DNA of 64,000 bases from Vitrella brassicaformis CCMP3155 (Eukaryota > Protista > Chromerida), in contig CDMY01000281.1 of assembly GCA_001179505.1 (NCBI GenBank), forward strand, positions 1 to 64,000. The letters are read 5' to 3'. The notes under the pieces are model-generated. The model was not told the origin of the DNA, searched no databases, and saw only the letters and a program-made list of their open reading frames with translations. Below are positions 11,739 through 24,504 of the stretch, in pieces (position 1 is the stretch's first letter; each line of letters starts with the position of its first letter). Both the position numbers and the translations under genes were made by a program.

Positions 11739-13931
11739 ATGAGTACCCAGGTGAGAAAGAGCACTGAGAGAGACCTGCACGTCGCAGCAGACCTCACGTC
11801 AGCTCTACGCTCGTGACACTGTTCTGTTCATTCAGCCTGTCGTCTGCTGCGAAGGGGAGGGCTCTGACGTCCCCACCCACTGCCCTACAACAGTCACCAA
11901 GGCAAGAAGGAGCACATCACCATGTGTGGATCTGACCGATGCTCGCTGCTCGAGCTCTCTGAATCAGTGAGTGCCCCTGTGTGTTGATGTGTGCAGGATT
12001 TCGACCTCATAGGTGCTGTGGAGACGCAGGAGAAGCTGCACGACCTGGTGGTCAATGGCAAGTACCGCTCGGTCATCAATCTGTGTGGGTAAGTAAGGTG
12101 CACTGCACTCGGCGCCTTCTCGCAAGGTGTGGGACAAACAAGTGGGGCGTATCTATCTCTTGTTGTCGGCTTCCATGCAGGCCCGCTGAGGTGTGTCGGT
12201 TGCCGACTGACAAAAAGTGCAAAGTGCCATGCGTCCAGGCGCATGGTGAGGGAGGGAGCAGGGAGGGAGCCTCAGGGGGGAATGGTGGCAGAGAAAAGGC
12301 TGGTGTGTGTGAATGCAGTGGACAAGGGGAAGCTGTCATACGCCTTGGCTGCGCGCCTGCTCGCCACCCTGGAGAGCGCCCCTCTCCCCACACTCATCCA
12401 GGTCACCTCACCACCCACATGAGCACACTTTGCCCCTGTGAGATGCTGCATTCCACCTGTGTTTCTGTGTGTGGCCGGTGCAGTGCCAGTCGAAGTGGCG
12501 GGCGTCCTCCGTGGCCATGTTGCACATCGCCACCCATCCCCCCGATGCGGCCGAACAGCACCACGGGCCAGGCAGCCGCGACCAGTGGATGGCGCCCGAC
12601 GAGGCCATCGAGTGGGCCAAGGAGAAGGGCCTGCCCTTCCTCGAGAACCAGATACTGGTTGACTGGGTCAAGGTCCGTCATGATTGCTTGACTCGGGAAG
12701 CTTCATTTGGTGCCTGGCGATGTTTCGGTGTATCAGAATTTTCTGGTCGCCCGTTGCCAGAACCTGGCACGTGAAGATCCGAATCTCTTCTTCCGACAGG
12801 TTGGTGCACCACACACACCGGTGCTGCGCCGCTCTCTCTCTGCACACACGCCTTGCCTTCGCGCAGTTGTTTGACCGTGAGTCGTGCACTTACACGTACC
12901 TGCTGGCCGACCCCAAGACGCGCGACGCCGTCCTGATCGATCCGGTGCTAGAGTGCCTGGACCGTGACCTGGAGATGATCGACGAGTATGGGCTGGTGCT
13001 CAAGTACGCCATGAACACCCACTGCCACGCCGACCACATCACTTCCACAGGCATGATGAAGACAAAACTGGACGGTCAGACACACGCACAGAGAAAGAGA
13101 GAGAGAGAGGGAGAGGGAGGGAGGGACGCTTGTATGCTGCGTTCAGGTTTCTGTTCGGTGTTGAGTGCCACGTATGAGGGCGCCAAGGCCGACGTCAAGG
13201 TCAAGCACGGCGACTGCATCTACTTCGGCGACCGCTTCGTCGAAGTGAGGGCCACACCGGGGCACACCGGTGGGCTGGACGAGAGGAATGAATGCAACAC
13301 ATACATGCCGAACCCAGATGGATGAATGGATGGATGGCGCGTGTGTGGTGTGTGTGGTGTGTGCAGGCGGCTGCCTGACGTTCGTCCTGGACGACCACAG
13401 CATGGCCTTCACAGGCGACGCGCTGCTCATCCGCGGCTGCGGCCGCACCGACTTCCAGGTGGGATGCCCCCTCGCCCTGCACCGCACCGTCTTCTTTCCA
13501 TGTCGTTCGTTTGTTGTCGTTTGGTTTGCAGAGTGGCGATGCCGCCCTGCTGTACAAGAGTGTGTGGGGGCAGATCTTCAGCCTCCCCGCACACTGCAGA
13601 CTCTACCCCGGACACGACTACAAGGTCAACAAGACAATGTGTGTGTGGGATGGATGGATGGATGGATTTGCCTGGTGAGTGCAGGGTCGTCAGGTGACGA
13701 CGGTGTGGGAGGAGCGGCTGCACAACACGCGTCTCATCAAGGGGGAGGACGAGTTCGTCAACATCATGAAAAACCTCAATCTGCCTAAACCTGCCAGAAT
13801 CGATGTGGTAGGTGTGGCTGGCATCTACCCCCCATCCAGCAATCAATGTGAACCAGAATGCGTGTGTGTGTGTGTGTGTGCGTCAGGCTGTTCCCGCAAA
13901 CATGAAATGTGGCGTGCAAGACGACGAGTGA
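11739..13931 (+). CDS. ETHE1: Persulfide dioxygenase (ETHE1-type metallo-beta-lactamase) with an N-terminal DUF442-like domain
   Basis: [69 protein letters not shown]-terminal exons YRSVINLC...[12 protein letters not shown]. Confidence 0.92.
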
Positions 13932-14467
13932 AGCCACACACAGACGCTGTGGAGCGCTGCGTTGCCGTTTTCTTTATTTTTGGGGTTTTGCGCCGTATGC
14001 TGTTTTTCTTTTTCGGCGTGTTGGTCGGGCCGGGTGAGGTCGTGTGGAAAGCTCTGTTTGTCGATTACTCGGATGAATGAGATGTAACGCTGCTGTGCGT
14101 GGGTGTGGGTGTGGGTGGTCGGTCAGGGGTGTGTGGGTGGCAAAGAGCAGGCCAGGCATGACGAATTGGTTGATTGATAGATAGTGGTCTCAGTCAGATG
14201 CACCAACAGACAGCCAAGCGCATATACAGATGGACGGACGACAGCACTGCGACAAATATCGTCAAATCAACGACCACGAAGCACCTCATCTTCCACTGCA
14301 CTCTCGACAGACACCGACACACAGAAAAGGGCACCAGCAACACACACACACACACATACACACAGTGCTGTTACTACCCCTTTGCAGGCTCGAGCTCGCC
14401 TGGTGAGTGCGTCCGTCCACTCCCCCATCCCATCGTGGTGCCGCTGGCCATTCTGTCTTCCCTCTTG

Positions 14468-15159
14468 TCATTGTTGCATTCTGTTGGTCTGATGGCACGT
14501 GCTGCATATGTAGGTGCGCCCCAGCTCCCGCCGGCAGTATCCACACGCGCGCAGACGATGGCTCAGATGCACACGCCACCACGACTGAGAGAAGAATGAA
14601 TGAAACCAAACCGTCACACACCAACCATCAACGATGCAGTGGGTGGGCATCTGCTGACCTGAATCGTCTGGACTGTGGCCAGAGTCTCCCTCTCCATCAC
14701 GTTCCACTCGCCCATCGGATAGCTCCTCTTTGACCGCACGATTCTGTCCGGCCCGGCCACCACCACACAGCTCGAGAAGGCACCGTCTGCTGTGTCCTTC
14801 TCGAGCACCTCAGCGGGCGCAATCAGCAGCGTGTTGACATCCGGCAGCCGCATCAGGTTCCTGAACGGCGCGAGAGTGGGCGTGTTGGACAGATCTGACG
14901 GGCCGACAGCGATAACAGGGCCAACAGAGCCGTCGCCAAGCTCCTTGGCCAGCAGGAGGACATTGCAGAAGGCGGGGTCAACGAGGAGGTCGTGAAGCAA
15001 AGCGACGCTGGCCGAAGGACCACAGAGCCGACGCACGGCAGTGTTGGGCAGCTCCTCGCCAAGCCGGAATGCATCGTCCTCATTCAGGAGACCTTGAGAG
15101 GTGAGCCACCGAATTGCACGCCGATGAATAACTTTGTGCCGCTTGATGACAGCATGCAT
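14468..15159 (-). CDS. Hypothetical protein ending in a CxxC-x9-CxxC (half-MYND-like) motif
   Basis: Long first exon (ORF 14614-15159) joins in frame (TIQ|SWW) to RACGYCRRELGRTYICSTCHQTNRMQQ*. A further downstream exon near 14296 is possible. Confidence 0.55.
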
Positions 15160-15210
15160 TGCGCCTCGGTCTGACGCCGTTCTTTCTTCCTTTCCCTCCC
15201 TTCCTCGGCT

Positions 15211-15220
15211 GCGAGCTTGG
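15211..15220 (+). promoter_or_regulatory. GCGAGCTT(G) candidate promoter element
   Basis: Between divergent ATGs at 15159 and 15288/15384. Confidence 0.55.
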
Positions 15221-15383
15221 AAAGGGCGAGCTGCAGATCTCTGTCACAGCCACTTCTTTGGGCCTATGGCGTGGAGCAGGAGGAGCCATGTGTGCACTGT
15301 GGCGTGAGGGCTCCCGTCGGCTGGTCTTTGTTGTCTTATTCATCGCAGCCCGGTGCGCTGCCTTCGGGGCTGCGAGAGTCGGG

Positions 15384-17572
15384 ATGGCCAAGTGGTGGGT
15401 GCCGTCAGGACCTGGGATGCTGCGGAATAGCGCCGCGAGGTTGATGCAGGAGGCCATCGACACTGAACCTGCAGGTGGGTAGTGATTCTGCAGGCACACC
15501 ACACACACACACAGACACACACACACACATCCATATCGCTTCTCGAATGTCCCTCCCTTGTGCAGGCCATGAGTTGTCTTTTAACCGTGAGGATGTCATG
15601 TGCACGCCTGCATCTGCAGAGGGGGCATCTGATGATGAGTCGGTGTCCATCAACACCGTCACGCTGGCCGCTGCCGGTGACGGTGACGGGGGCAATGCGG
15701 CGAAAGCTAATCAATCGTGCATTGTGGTGTGCCACGGCTACGCCCTCGGCCTGGCGGCATTTGCAAGGTGAGCTCTGCTGCCCACACACACTACCACCGC
15801 ACAGCGACCGCCATCACAAGAGCGTGTCTTCAGAGGCTTAGCAGCTTTCGTGACGAAGAACCCCACCAGAAGGTGCTGAGATGCAGAAGGAAATCCTGAG
15901 GCTGTCTGTGTGTCTTGTCTGTGTGTCTGGTGTGATGATTGGATCAGCGTATCGGCCATCGACTGGCCAGGAATGGGCGGATCTGCCGAGCTGCCGTCCT
16001 CCTTTGTCCGTCGGGTGCGGGAGCTGGAGAGGGCCGCGGCGAGGGACTCAACACAGGGGGACCGAGTGGTCGATGCGATTGAAGACTATTACACTGGTGA
16101 GGAGGTCATCAACACACACACACACACACACACACAGCTGTGGGTATATATGGCTTGGTTGGATGTGTCAGATTGTCTGGAGGCGTGGCGGCTGAAGCGA
16201 GGCGGCCGGAGGATGATCTTGTGTGGCCATTCGTTGGGCGGATATCTGGCAACAGCCTACGCGCACCGCTTTCCGCAGAACGTCGACAAGCTCATCCTGC
16301 TCTCCCCCGTCGGTCGGTGGGCCACCACACCACACCACACCACACCACACCAGCACACACAAAAACAATACATGCCCCTCCCTCTTTCTGCTTTGCCTGT
16401 GTCGGGGGGTGCAGGCATCGATGGCTCCAAAGGTCGCCTACAGCCGGCTGCCCCACTGACAGCGTCCACGGCAGACAGCGAGCCCGCCTCGCCGACGCAC
16501 GACGCCATCACAGCCACAGGCCCCGACAGCGGGCCATCTCTGCCTGGTCCTGACGAGCAGCGGCCGCCAGAGAGACCACCCTCGCTCATCGCACAGGTGG
16601 CCCAGGGCATCATGAGGTCTGCGTGGCGATTTGACGTGACGCCGATGGCCATGATGCGGTCACTGGGGCCGCTAGGTACTAGTGTATGTCCGTCGGCGCA
16701 GCGATGCACCCGTCGGGAGCTGCGTGTCTGTCTGTATGTCTGTCTGTCTGTCTGTCTGTCGGCAGGTCCGTCGTTGCTGGCGGGGATATTGGGGCACAGG
16801 ACGGCCGCCGTGTACCGACAGAAGGCTGTGAGAGACTACAGTTAGTTAGCAAAAGATGGCCGGCGGCGGAGCTCTACTGATGCTATTCCATGCGTACAGT
16901 GCTTGTGTGTGTGTGTGTATCTATCTGTGTGGCGTCTGTCAGTTTATCACGTCAACGCCGGGAGATCTGGTGGCGATTTCATCATCACACGGCTGCTGCA
17001 CCCAACATTCGCCGCCAAGTGAGCGAGCGATCGCCCATCCCATTCGCCATTCCATTGGTCATTGTCCGATTGTGTCTGTGTCTTTGCAGGCGTCCGTTGG
17101 AGAAATGCATTGCTGAGCTGCCGATGAAGGTCTGCTTTGCATTCGGTCAGCGCAGCTGCGGTGGCCACACAGACAAACAGCACACCAGCACAACCTCTGT
17201 GTGCAGCCATGTGTCTGTGTGTGTGTGTGTGTGTGTGTGTATACAGGTTCTGAGGACTGGGTGGATGCGACGCCCGCAAGGCGTCTTCAGCAGCAGCACC
17301 CTCAGGTGTGTTGTGTGTGCACGTCACGTGCCAAGACAGAGAGACAGACACACCTGTCTGTCTCACTTGTCTGTCTGTGTTGAAACCGTCAGCGCATCCA
17401 GGTTTCCGTTGTGAAGGACTGCGGCCACCAAATCGCCCTCGAGAACCCAACAGGTATATAGGTCAATGGCACAATGAATGCCCCTGAGCCGTCGTGTGTG
17501 GACCTGTGTCATGCATTCAACCGTCCATACGCTCCTGCAGGTTTTGCCAGCTATCTCGAGTCGGTGGTCTGA
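15384..17572 (+). CDS. Alpha/beta hydrolase, ABHD4/ABHD5 (CGI-58)-like lipase
   Basis: KWWVPS N-terminus, VVCHGYALG, AIDWPGMGGS, nucleophile motif GHSLGG, LILLSPVG, SEDWVD, GHQIALENP. Start may be at 15288 instead. Confidence 0.85.
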
Positions 17573-18142
17573 CTGATTGATATAGATGCATAGATGGACA
17601 GCCACGACTGCTGCACGGACGCATGTGTGGCGCATGGCATGGCGAGAGAGGAGCGGGGCAGAATAGGCTTTGTTTGTTTGCTTGTGGTGAGATAGAGGGC
17701 GGTGGGTTGGTAGAGTGGTGCGTGTGGGGCGAGGCCGCATCCACTGGCAGCCGTGGCGGGGGCGGTCGTTGGTTTGGTTGCAACCGGTGAAGACAAGTAC
17801 GGCACGGTGTCCATGGAGGTGGGAAACGACTTCCATCGACCCTCATCAACAGACCGCTTTGGATGCATCCAAAAGGACACCGGAAATGCATTCACTGCAC
17901 ACACACAAGTGTCTGTTAGCCACTCACTCTAGGGACCCTCCCCTCCCAGATGTGCTCAGAATCACACTGGCCATGGACGTACAAAACCCAACCATCCATC
18001 CATCCATCCATCCACCCACCAACGACTGACTGACTGACTGACTGCCCAATTGTCCTCTCTCTCCTGTTGTGCCCTCATTGACCATTTGAAGAAAGATCCA
18101 CCCCGTCTCTCTCCCTCTCTCTGCATGGCAGACCTGCACTAG

Positions 18143-19115
18143 CTATAGCTTGAGGTCATCAATCACTTTTTTCTTCATCCGGGCGTCCCAGTCGTCCAAG
18201 TCAGCCCTGCTCGACACGTCGTCCTCTATCCGCTCGATGGCCTCCTGACGCTCACGAGAGACACCCTGCTGCTGCTGCTGCTGCTGTCGGCCAATGGGGA
18301 CGCGCCTCATCTCAGACTGCCGCTGTCGGGTGAACCGGGGCAAGGTGGGTGCGGGGAACCGCTGCTGATTGGCGGACAGGAAGGGCTGAGCGAAGGCTCG
18401 TAAGACGCCCATCACAAACATGCCTGACACACCCGCCACACACACCCACACACATTCCCACAGAGGGGATCCCAGGGGTCCGTCATTGTCTGTCTGCAGC
18501 GGTGCAGTGCTAGCTACCGGTGAAGGCAGCTGTGCCGAAGAAAGCCGCCATAGTGGCGATTGTGCCGAAGGCTGCCACTGTGGTCATGATGAGCCCCCCG
18601 AAGATGAAGGAGAACAGGGTGAGGGAGGCCACGATGGCAAACAGGGATATGATGGACGTGCCCAGGAAGGTGAAGACTGCCGACACCAACAGGCCGATGA
18701 AAGATGCGCTGAGCAAAAAGAGCTCCAAGGGAAGCTGAACGCACCAACGACAGACAGACCGACGCGAGAGACCATCACATCAACCAGTCAGTCATCGTCC
18801 CTTCCTTGAGTGTGTTCTGTCGCTCCCGACCGTCAAGAGGTTGCCGATGAGCGAGGTCACCACACCTCCCATGAACAGCGGATTCGCATGCATAACCGTC
18901 CTCCTCTGCGCCCCTTCTTCAATGGATCTCGCCTGTCCGTGGCCATAGCCACTGACGTGCAGGTGCTGCTCATTCACCAATGGCGTCTTGCTCGGCCGTC
19001 GTGAAGGCAAAGATGCTCTGCGGTGCAGCGGAGGCACGAATGCCACAGATCCAGGCGATAAAGGACGAGCGGCGCCGGCAAGGGTCACCACGGAAAGAAG
19101 ACAGCAAACCCGCAT
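18143..19115 (-). CDS. Putative plastid-targeted membrane protein with a ~70-aa uncharged hydrophobic hairpin (3 exons)
   Basis: Signal peptide MRVCCLLSVVTLAGAA, then AFVPPLHRRASLPSRRPSK (Arg/Ser/Pro-rich transit-like). Exon 2 is fully hydrophobic. In-frame joins T|LPLEL and TG|MFVM. Confidence 0.7.
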
Positions 19116-19196
19116 TTCGAAGCTACGGTGCTATTACCGGCTGCAGAATCCACACAGGAAAAAAGTTCCTTCCGGCCCTAGGGTTGGACCGTTGCT

Positions 19197-19204
19197 AAGC
19201 TCGC
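19197..19204 (-). promoter_or_regulatory. GCGAGCTT candidate promoter element
   Basis: AAGCTCGC on the + strand, about 80 bp upstream of the minus-strand ATG at 19115. Confidence 0.5.
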
Positions 19205-19769
19205 ATCGTGGACGAGTCGTTCACTCCCTTCCCTCGCGCCCAAGTCCCGGCCCTTGAGGGCAGATGCAGAGTCGAACTGAACGAATTGAATGAGTCGACA
19301 ATCACTGACGGTATTGACTTGGTGATTCATGACATCATGACTGTAGTGCATTAGAGAGACTGTTCACACACGAATATGAAAGGACTGCATCCTCGCATCG
19401 TCGCACTGTCCTCGCATTGCATAGACACAGGAAAACCTCCTTGAGAGGCAGGCAGACAAGCGAACAGGCAGATCTTGCTTATGTGAGCAAATGGGATAGA
19501 TATACACGTAGTCACAGCAGCACATGCACAAGCAGCCTGACGGCTGTCTGCCTTACTGCACTGTACTGTACTCTACTACCACCCCAGTGCAACCCGAATC
19601 AGGGGCAAGGGATGGAACCATCTGTCAAACCGGCTCTCTCCCCTAGTAGGCAATACATAATAAGTGCACAAATGAATGCGAACCCACAGACACATCACAC
19701 AAACACACACATACGAAACACATGACAGGCAGGCGGCCCTGTCGGCTGCCCAACTGCCTGTGTCTCCGC

Positions 19770-21352
19770 TCACCATGACCGCTGTGCACGATCGTAAAAG
19801 AAATGGCCGTTCAGGTCAGACGATCCAGGGGGCAAGGTGGCTAGGTAGATGCCCGTATCAGCCTGACATGACGCAGGCATTATACAAACAACACATCGAT
19901 GCAGAAACTGGATGCCTTGGCCATTCTCGTTCCTCGACTGACCCCCTGTGCGGCTGTCCGCGGCGCCCGATCCCATCCCGCCATGTCGGTCTTGCACCAA
20001 CCTGAGAGAGAAAAGCGACGCGGCAAACAGATTGGATGCTGCCAGTCTCCATCCGCTTCGCTCACCGGGGCAGTAGCAGTTGACGAGCACGCCAGGGTTG
20101 CTGTTCAGCCTGCCGATGTCCCTGGCAGTTATGCGTGTGAGCATCGCAACACCGATCTTCGACACACCATAGGTAGTCGACGGCCAGCCTCTCGACTGGT
20201 GCTGCCCGCTCTGGGCATCACTGCACAGCCCAAGCAGACGCGCACAATTAATGATATTTCGTTTTCTCGCCTAATTCGTTCTGTGGCAGCGATTTTGTAA
20301 GTACTCGATGAACTGCTTCATGAGTCCGGAGAGCTGCTTCTCAGTCAGGTCATCAGCCATGAATCTGTCACGCAAGGCTGCACACATCAAGCACGCCGCA
20401 CCGTGAGTGACACAATGAATGTTGACTCCTCATCTCTTTAGTACCTACCTTGGCTCTTGAGCGAGGAAATGAGCCCCGCCTGGCTCGCGACATTGACAAT
20501 GCGGCCGTTGGCACGGATCAGCGGAAGCAGCGCGTTGCTGATCGCAAGCGTGCCTGAGTGGGTGGACAAACCGCACAATGATCTGCTTAACTGTGTTCTG
20601 TGTCAGTTACCGAAGTAGTTGATTTTGAGAGTCTCCTTCGCTTGTAAACTGAATGGCTCAGTGGCAGCCATTTTGAAGGCAAAGCCTGCATGCTCATTCG
20701 ATGGAACCACAAACATACACACACACACACACGTTTGTTGACAGGCGGCACACTGGCCACTGGGCGTGGCTTGGTGCAATCTTCACCTGCGTTGTTGACC
20801 AGGATGTCTGTGATCACAGACAGTCACATATGACAATGCATGCAACGGATTCGTTCTTGAGCAGCCAGCCATGTGTCAGCTGCAGTTCACTCACCGAGGC
20901 CGCCATACTGGCTCTCAATGTGACTCCTGCAATTCAATCAGCCATGCACTGCAGCGTGCATCCATCGATTGTATATGTGTGGTGTTGGTCACCTCAGTGT
21001 TTGAATGCTCTGCGCATCGGTAATATCCTGCAGGACCAACAGAGGGAATACGGGTGGTGCACAATCACCGCACAATCACGTGCTCGTGCCTGTGATGCGT
21101 ACCAGCTGATGGAATGACACCTGCCCTCCCTCCTGCTTCAGCCGGTCTGCTGCGTCCTGCCCGAGAGCCGCCTTGCGTGCTGTGAGGATGACATGGATGC
21201 CAGGCGTCAGGCTGAGCCCTCGAGCAATCTCATAGCCGATGCTGATTGATGCATGGACACACAGGGACAGCCATGCATTGGCGACTCTCCGTGTGTCTTG
21301 CCTGTCCTCACCCTTTGTTTGCTCCGGTCACGACAGCGATTCGCGGACTCAT
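19770..21352 (-). CDS. Short-chain dehydrogenase, carbonyl reductase 1 (CBR1)-like
   Basis: IAVVTGANKG, VILTAR, FHQLDITD, YGGLDILVNNAG, ETLKINYFG, GRIVNVAS, catalytic YGVSK, NCYCPGWCKTDMAG, YLATLPP. Confidence 0.92.
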
Positions 21353-21613
21353 CTGCAGCACACAGAATAGGGGATGTGCTGTGCACACGTGGCGCAGATC
21401 TCATCTCCACCTGCTCACCTCCTTGTCAGACAGACCAGCAGACAGGGCGGACAGTCGAAGGGCGAAAGCGAATGAGATAGAGGCGAGGACGAGGACAAAG
21501 ACAAAGACCAAATGCATTCGCCCTCGACTGCTGTTTTCGGGAACGGAGCGCGAAACACAATCACAAGGCCCCAGTGCAGCGCCCCCTTTCGCTCGAGGAA
21601 CGACAAAGCAACG

Positions 21614-23946
21614 ATGAAGCACAAGCAGCCCCTGCTTGTGTTTATGTCGGTCTTGCTGGCCTCCTGGACTGCTGCACAGTCAGAAGGCACCGTGTCACGT
21701 GAAGGCACTCACTCTTCGCACTTCTTCTCCGGTCATCCGCCTGCGCGTGAGGAGCCTCCACCCAAGATACAACGATTAGGTGAGGGTGGAGGACAGACAC
21801 ACCGCCACGCATCCGCATGTTTTGTATGCTGGCTGCAGTGGACAAGTTCACCCCTGCCTGTCGATGGCACCTGCCCCTGACCCTCTCCCCCTTTCCCGCC
21901 ACTCTGAGAGTGACCGACATCCCCAAGAAAACCATCGTCAAGCTCATCTACTCGGGCCTCCCCGTCCCGCCCGTTGGCCAGGCCAACCATGCTGACTACT
22001 GCGTGGTGCACTTCTTCGACACAGAGGGAAACAAGGCCAACACAATCGACTTGCAGGCGCTGTGCAGTCTCAACGGGCTGTTTGACTCGGTGAGTATCTC
22101 GTCTATGTTTCGTGTGACGTACTTCGGGACGGTGCCGATGCAACATGACTGGATTGGGTGGAGGGGGACGGCAGCCAAGAACGGCCATGCGACGTGTCCG
22201 ATTCGCATCAGTAAGAGACAACAACACCAAGCGATCGTCACATGTCCCTTAATGGCATGTGGGCTTGCAGAGTGCGGTACGCCCGAGACGACCAGCCCTG
22301 GCTTTGTGCCTCCGCCGTCGACCAGGCCGCCCTTTGATTTCGAGGATCCCACCGAAAGACCTGTCTTCAGTTTCACAACCACAGCAGTACCCACCTCGCT
22401 GCAGCCTGTGGGGAACACCACCACTGCCCCCGTCCTGACCAGCACGGCGGCCGTGCCATCAACAACCACAGAGAGGGTTACATCCACTGCACTGCCCAGC
22501 ACCACGACTGGAAAGCCCTCGACTGTGCTGCCGACGAGCACGCCAAGCACGACGGCAGCGCCTACATCTACATCAAAACCAACGACGACAACACAGCGTG
22601 TGACGACAGTGAAGCCGACCACGCATTCCCCGCCGCTTGTGACGACGAGAGAGCCGACGACAGAGAGGGTCACGTCCACTGCTCTCCCAACGCCGGCCGT
22701 CACGACAGAGAGGGTGACGTCCACGGCTCTCCCAACGCCGGCTGTCACGACTGCGGCGCCGACCACTACAGTTGTGCCTGTGAGCACCACCCCACCTCCC
22801 CCTGCTCCGGGTGCGACAGCGAGATACACGAGGACAATTGTCGGTTGCCTCTATCCATTGTGTATTTCCCATTTCCTCTCTGTCTCTTTCCAGCCAACAG
22901 CACTCTCTTCGTGTCCAGCTTCCTCTCTGACCTCGTCTTCTCCTACCGCGGAGACACTGGCGAACTCGACAAAGTCATGATCGCCCTCGACGACAAAAAT
23001 GCGGAGGTCCTGCGGGCCCCGACAGGCATGGATCTCTCGCCCGACGGCATCCTGCACGTCGGATCGTTCCTCACCGGAGGCGTGCTCAAGTTCGATCCCC
23101 TCACCGGCGACTACCTGGGCCATCTTGTGTCCCCGAACTCAGCAGCCAGGCTGCTGGGCGTCGTGGGGGTGGCATTCGGTCCTGATGGGCACCTCTACGC
23201 GACGTCATTCCAGGCAGGGAGACGAAACACGACAACAGGAAACCACCCAGAGAGAGCCCGTGTCTCCCGTATTGTGTCGAATCAGGATGCCCGTGTGGTC
23301 AAATTTGATGGCAAAACGGGCGAGTATTTGGCAGATTTCGTCACTCGCCCCAAGTCGGGCGGCCTGACGGCTCCAGCGGGTATCAAGTTTTCCCCCCACG
23401 ACGGCGACCTCTACGTGGCCTCGGCGAGCGACAGTGTGATTTTTCAGTACAACGGCACCACAGGAAAGTTCATCGACGTCTTCGCCTTCGACCCAACTGC
23501 ATACACAAGTAAGTACTCCTGTCAGAGACACAGCTCGCATTCGTGTCTCTGTATCTCATGTCTCTCTTACACGCACAGCGACCGACCTGGCCTTCCACAA
23601 GAACGATCTCTTCGTGACATGCTTCGACTCATCCGAAATTCTCCATTTTGACCGCCGGACCGGCACAACGAAAGGCGCCATCATCAACCGAGACACCGCT
23701 GGAGCCCTCAGAGGCCCACAAGGATTGACCTTCGATTCCGACGGCCACCTGTATGTTGCCGAAGGCGGCCACCTCGGCTCCTCTCGTGTCCTCAAATACT
23801 CGGTCGTGAGCGGCCCTCCTGGGGTGAGGGCGTCTTATGAGGGTGACTTCGTGCAGCCTGGCGCGGCGGGGCTCCTTGACCCATTCGATGTGGTGTTTGT
23901 TGAAAGGGGGGAAGTCCTTCGGCGGCAATCGCCGCCAAGTGGCTGA
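21614..23946 (+). CDS. Secreted protein: Cys-containing N-domain, Thr-rich mucin stalk, NHL/Vgb-like 6-blade beta-propeller
   Basis: Signal peptide MKHKQPLLVFMSVLLASWTAA, PTT-rich exon 22270-22820, repeats PTGMDLSPDGILHV / VGVAFGPDGHLYA / PAGIKFSPHDGDLYV / PQGLTFDSDGHLYV. Confidence 0.8.
22465..22752 (+). repeat. Coding repeats in the mucin stalk (TTERVTSTALP x3; two adjacent 45-bp copies)
   Basis: gagagggt.acgtccac.gctctcccaacgccggc.gtcacgac occurs twice in tandem at about 22662-22752, with a diverged copy near 22470. Confidence 0.85.
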
Positions 23947-24504
23947 CCTCGCCTGACCTGACCTGGCCTTTTCGTCTTTTTCATTGTCCATTTCGTTGTT
24001 TGCCGCATGTCGTGTGTATGTGTGAGTGAAATGTCGTCTTGTTGTTCGCCAACGACACCGGTTGTTCTCTCTCTCACTTTGTCCACTCTGTGCTGTGCGG
24101 GGCGGGTCTGGTCTGCCAAAAGAAGGAGGGAAGGAGAGTGGTGGGTCGGGGGTAATGCGCCTTGATCAGTGATTTCTGCCGAAGCTGCTGGTCGACTGCC
24201 TGACTGCCGTGTACTGTGTTCCCTGGATGGATGGATGGATGGATGCGTGTGACCGATCGCAGCTAATAAGGCGGCCCCAATGTCATTTTTCTTATGTGTG
24301 ATATGAGAAGGCGCTGCCCTGGCAGCTGCGGCGCGCCGCTGTCATGCATGTAAGATGGGCCATCCATGCAGCTGTCGTGTACATGCTTTCTTCTGGAACA
24401 CCGCCTGGCTGACAAAATTCAGTCCACTTAATCCAATGGTCTTCAGTCCACTGTCAAGCAATCGATTGAGAGCAAGGAAAGGGCAACTCAGTCAAACTGA
24501 TCTT

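Noticed and set aside
14380-14410. Apparent + strand 15-nt micro-exon (ttgcag|gctcgagctcgcctg|gtgagt)
   Set aside because: The neighbouring CA tract reads better as the (TG)n 3' end of a minus-strand intron, and no + strand frame connects.
23214-23285. Third GC-AG intron in the propeller gene
   Set aside because: 72 nt, in frame and stop-free, so it cannot be told apart from a coding insertion.
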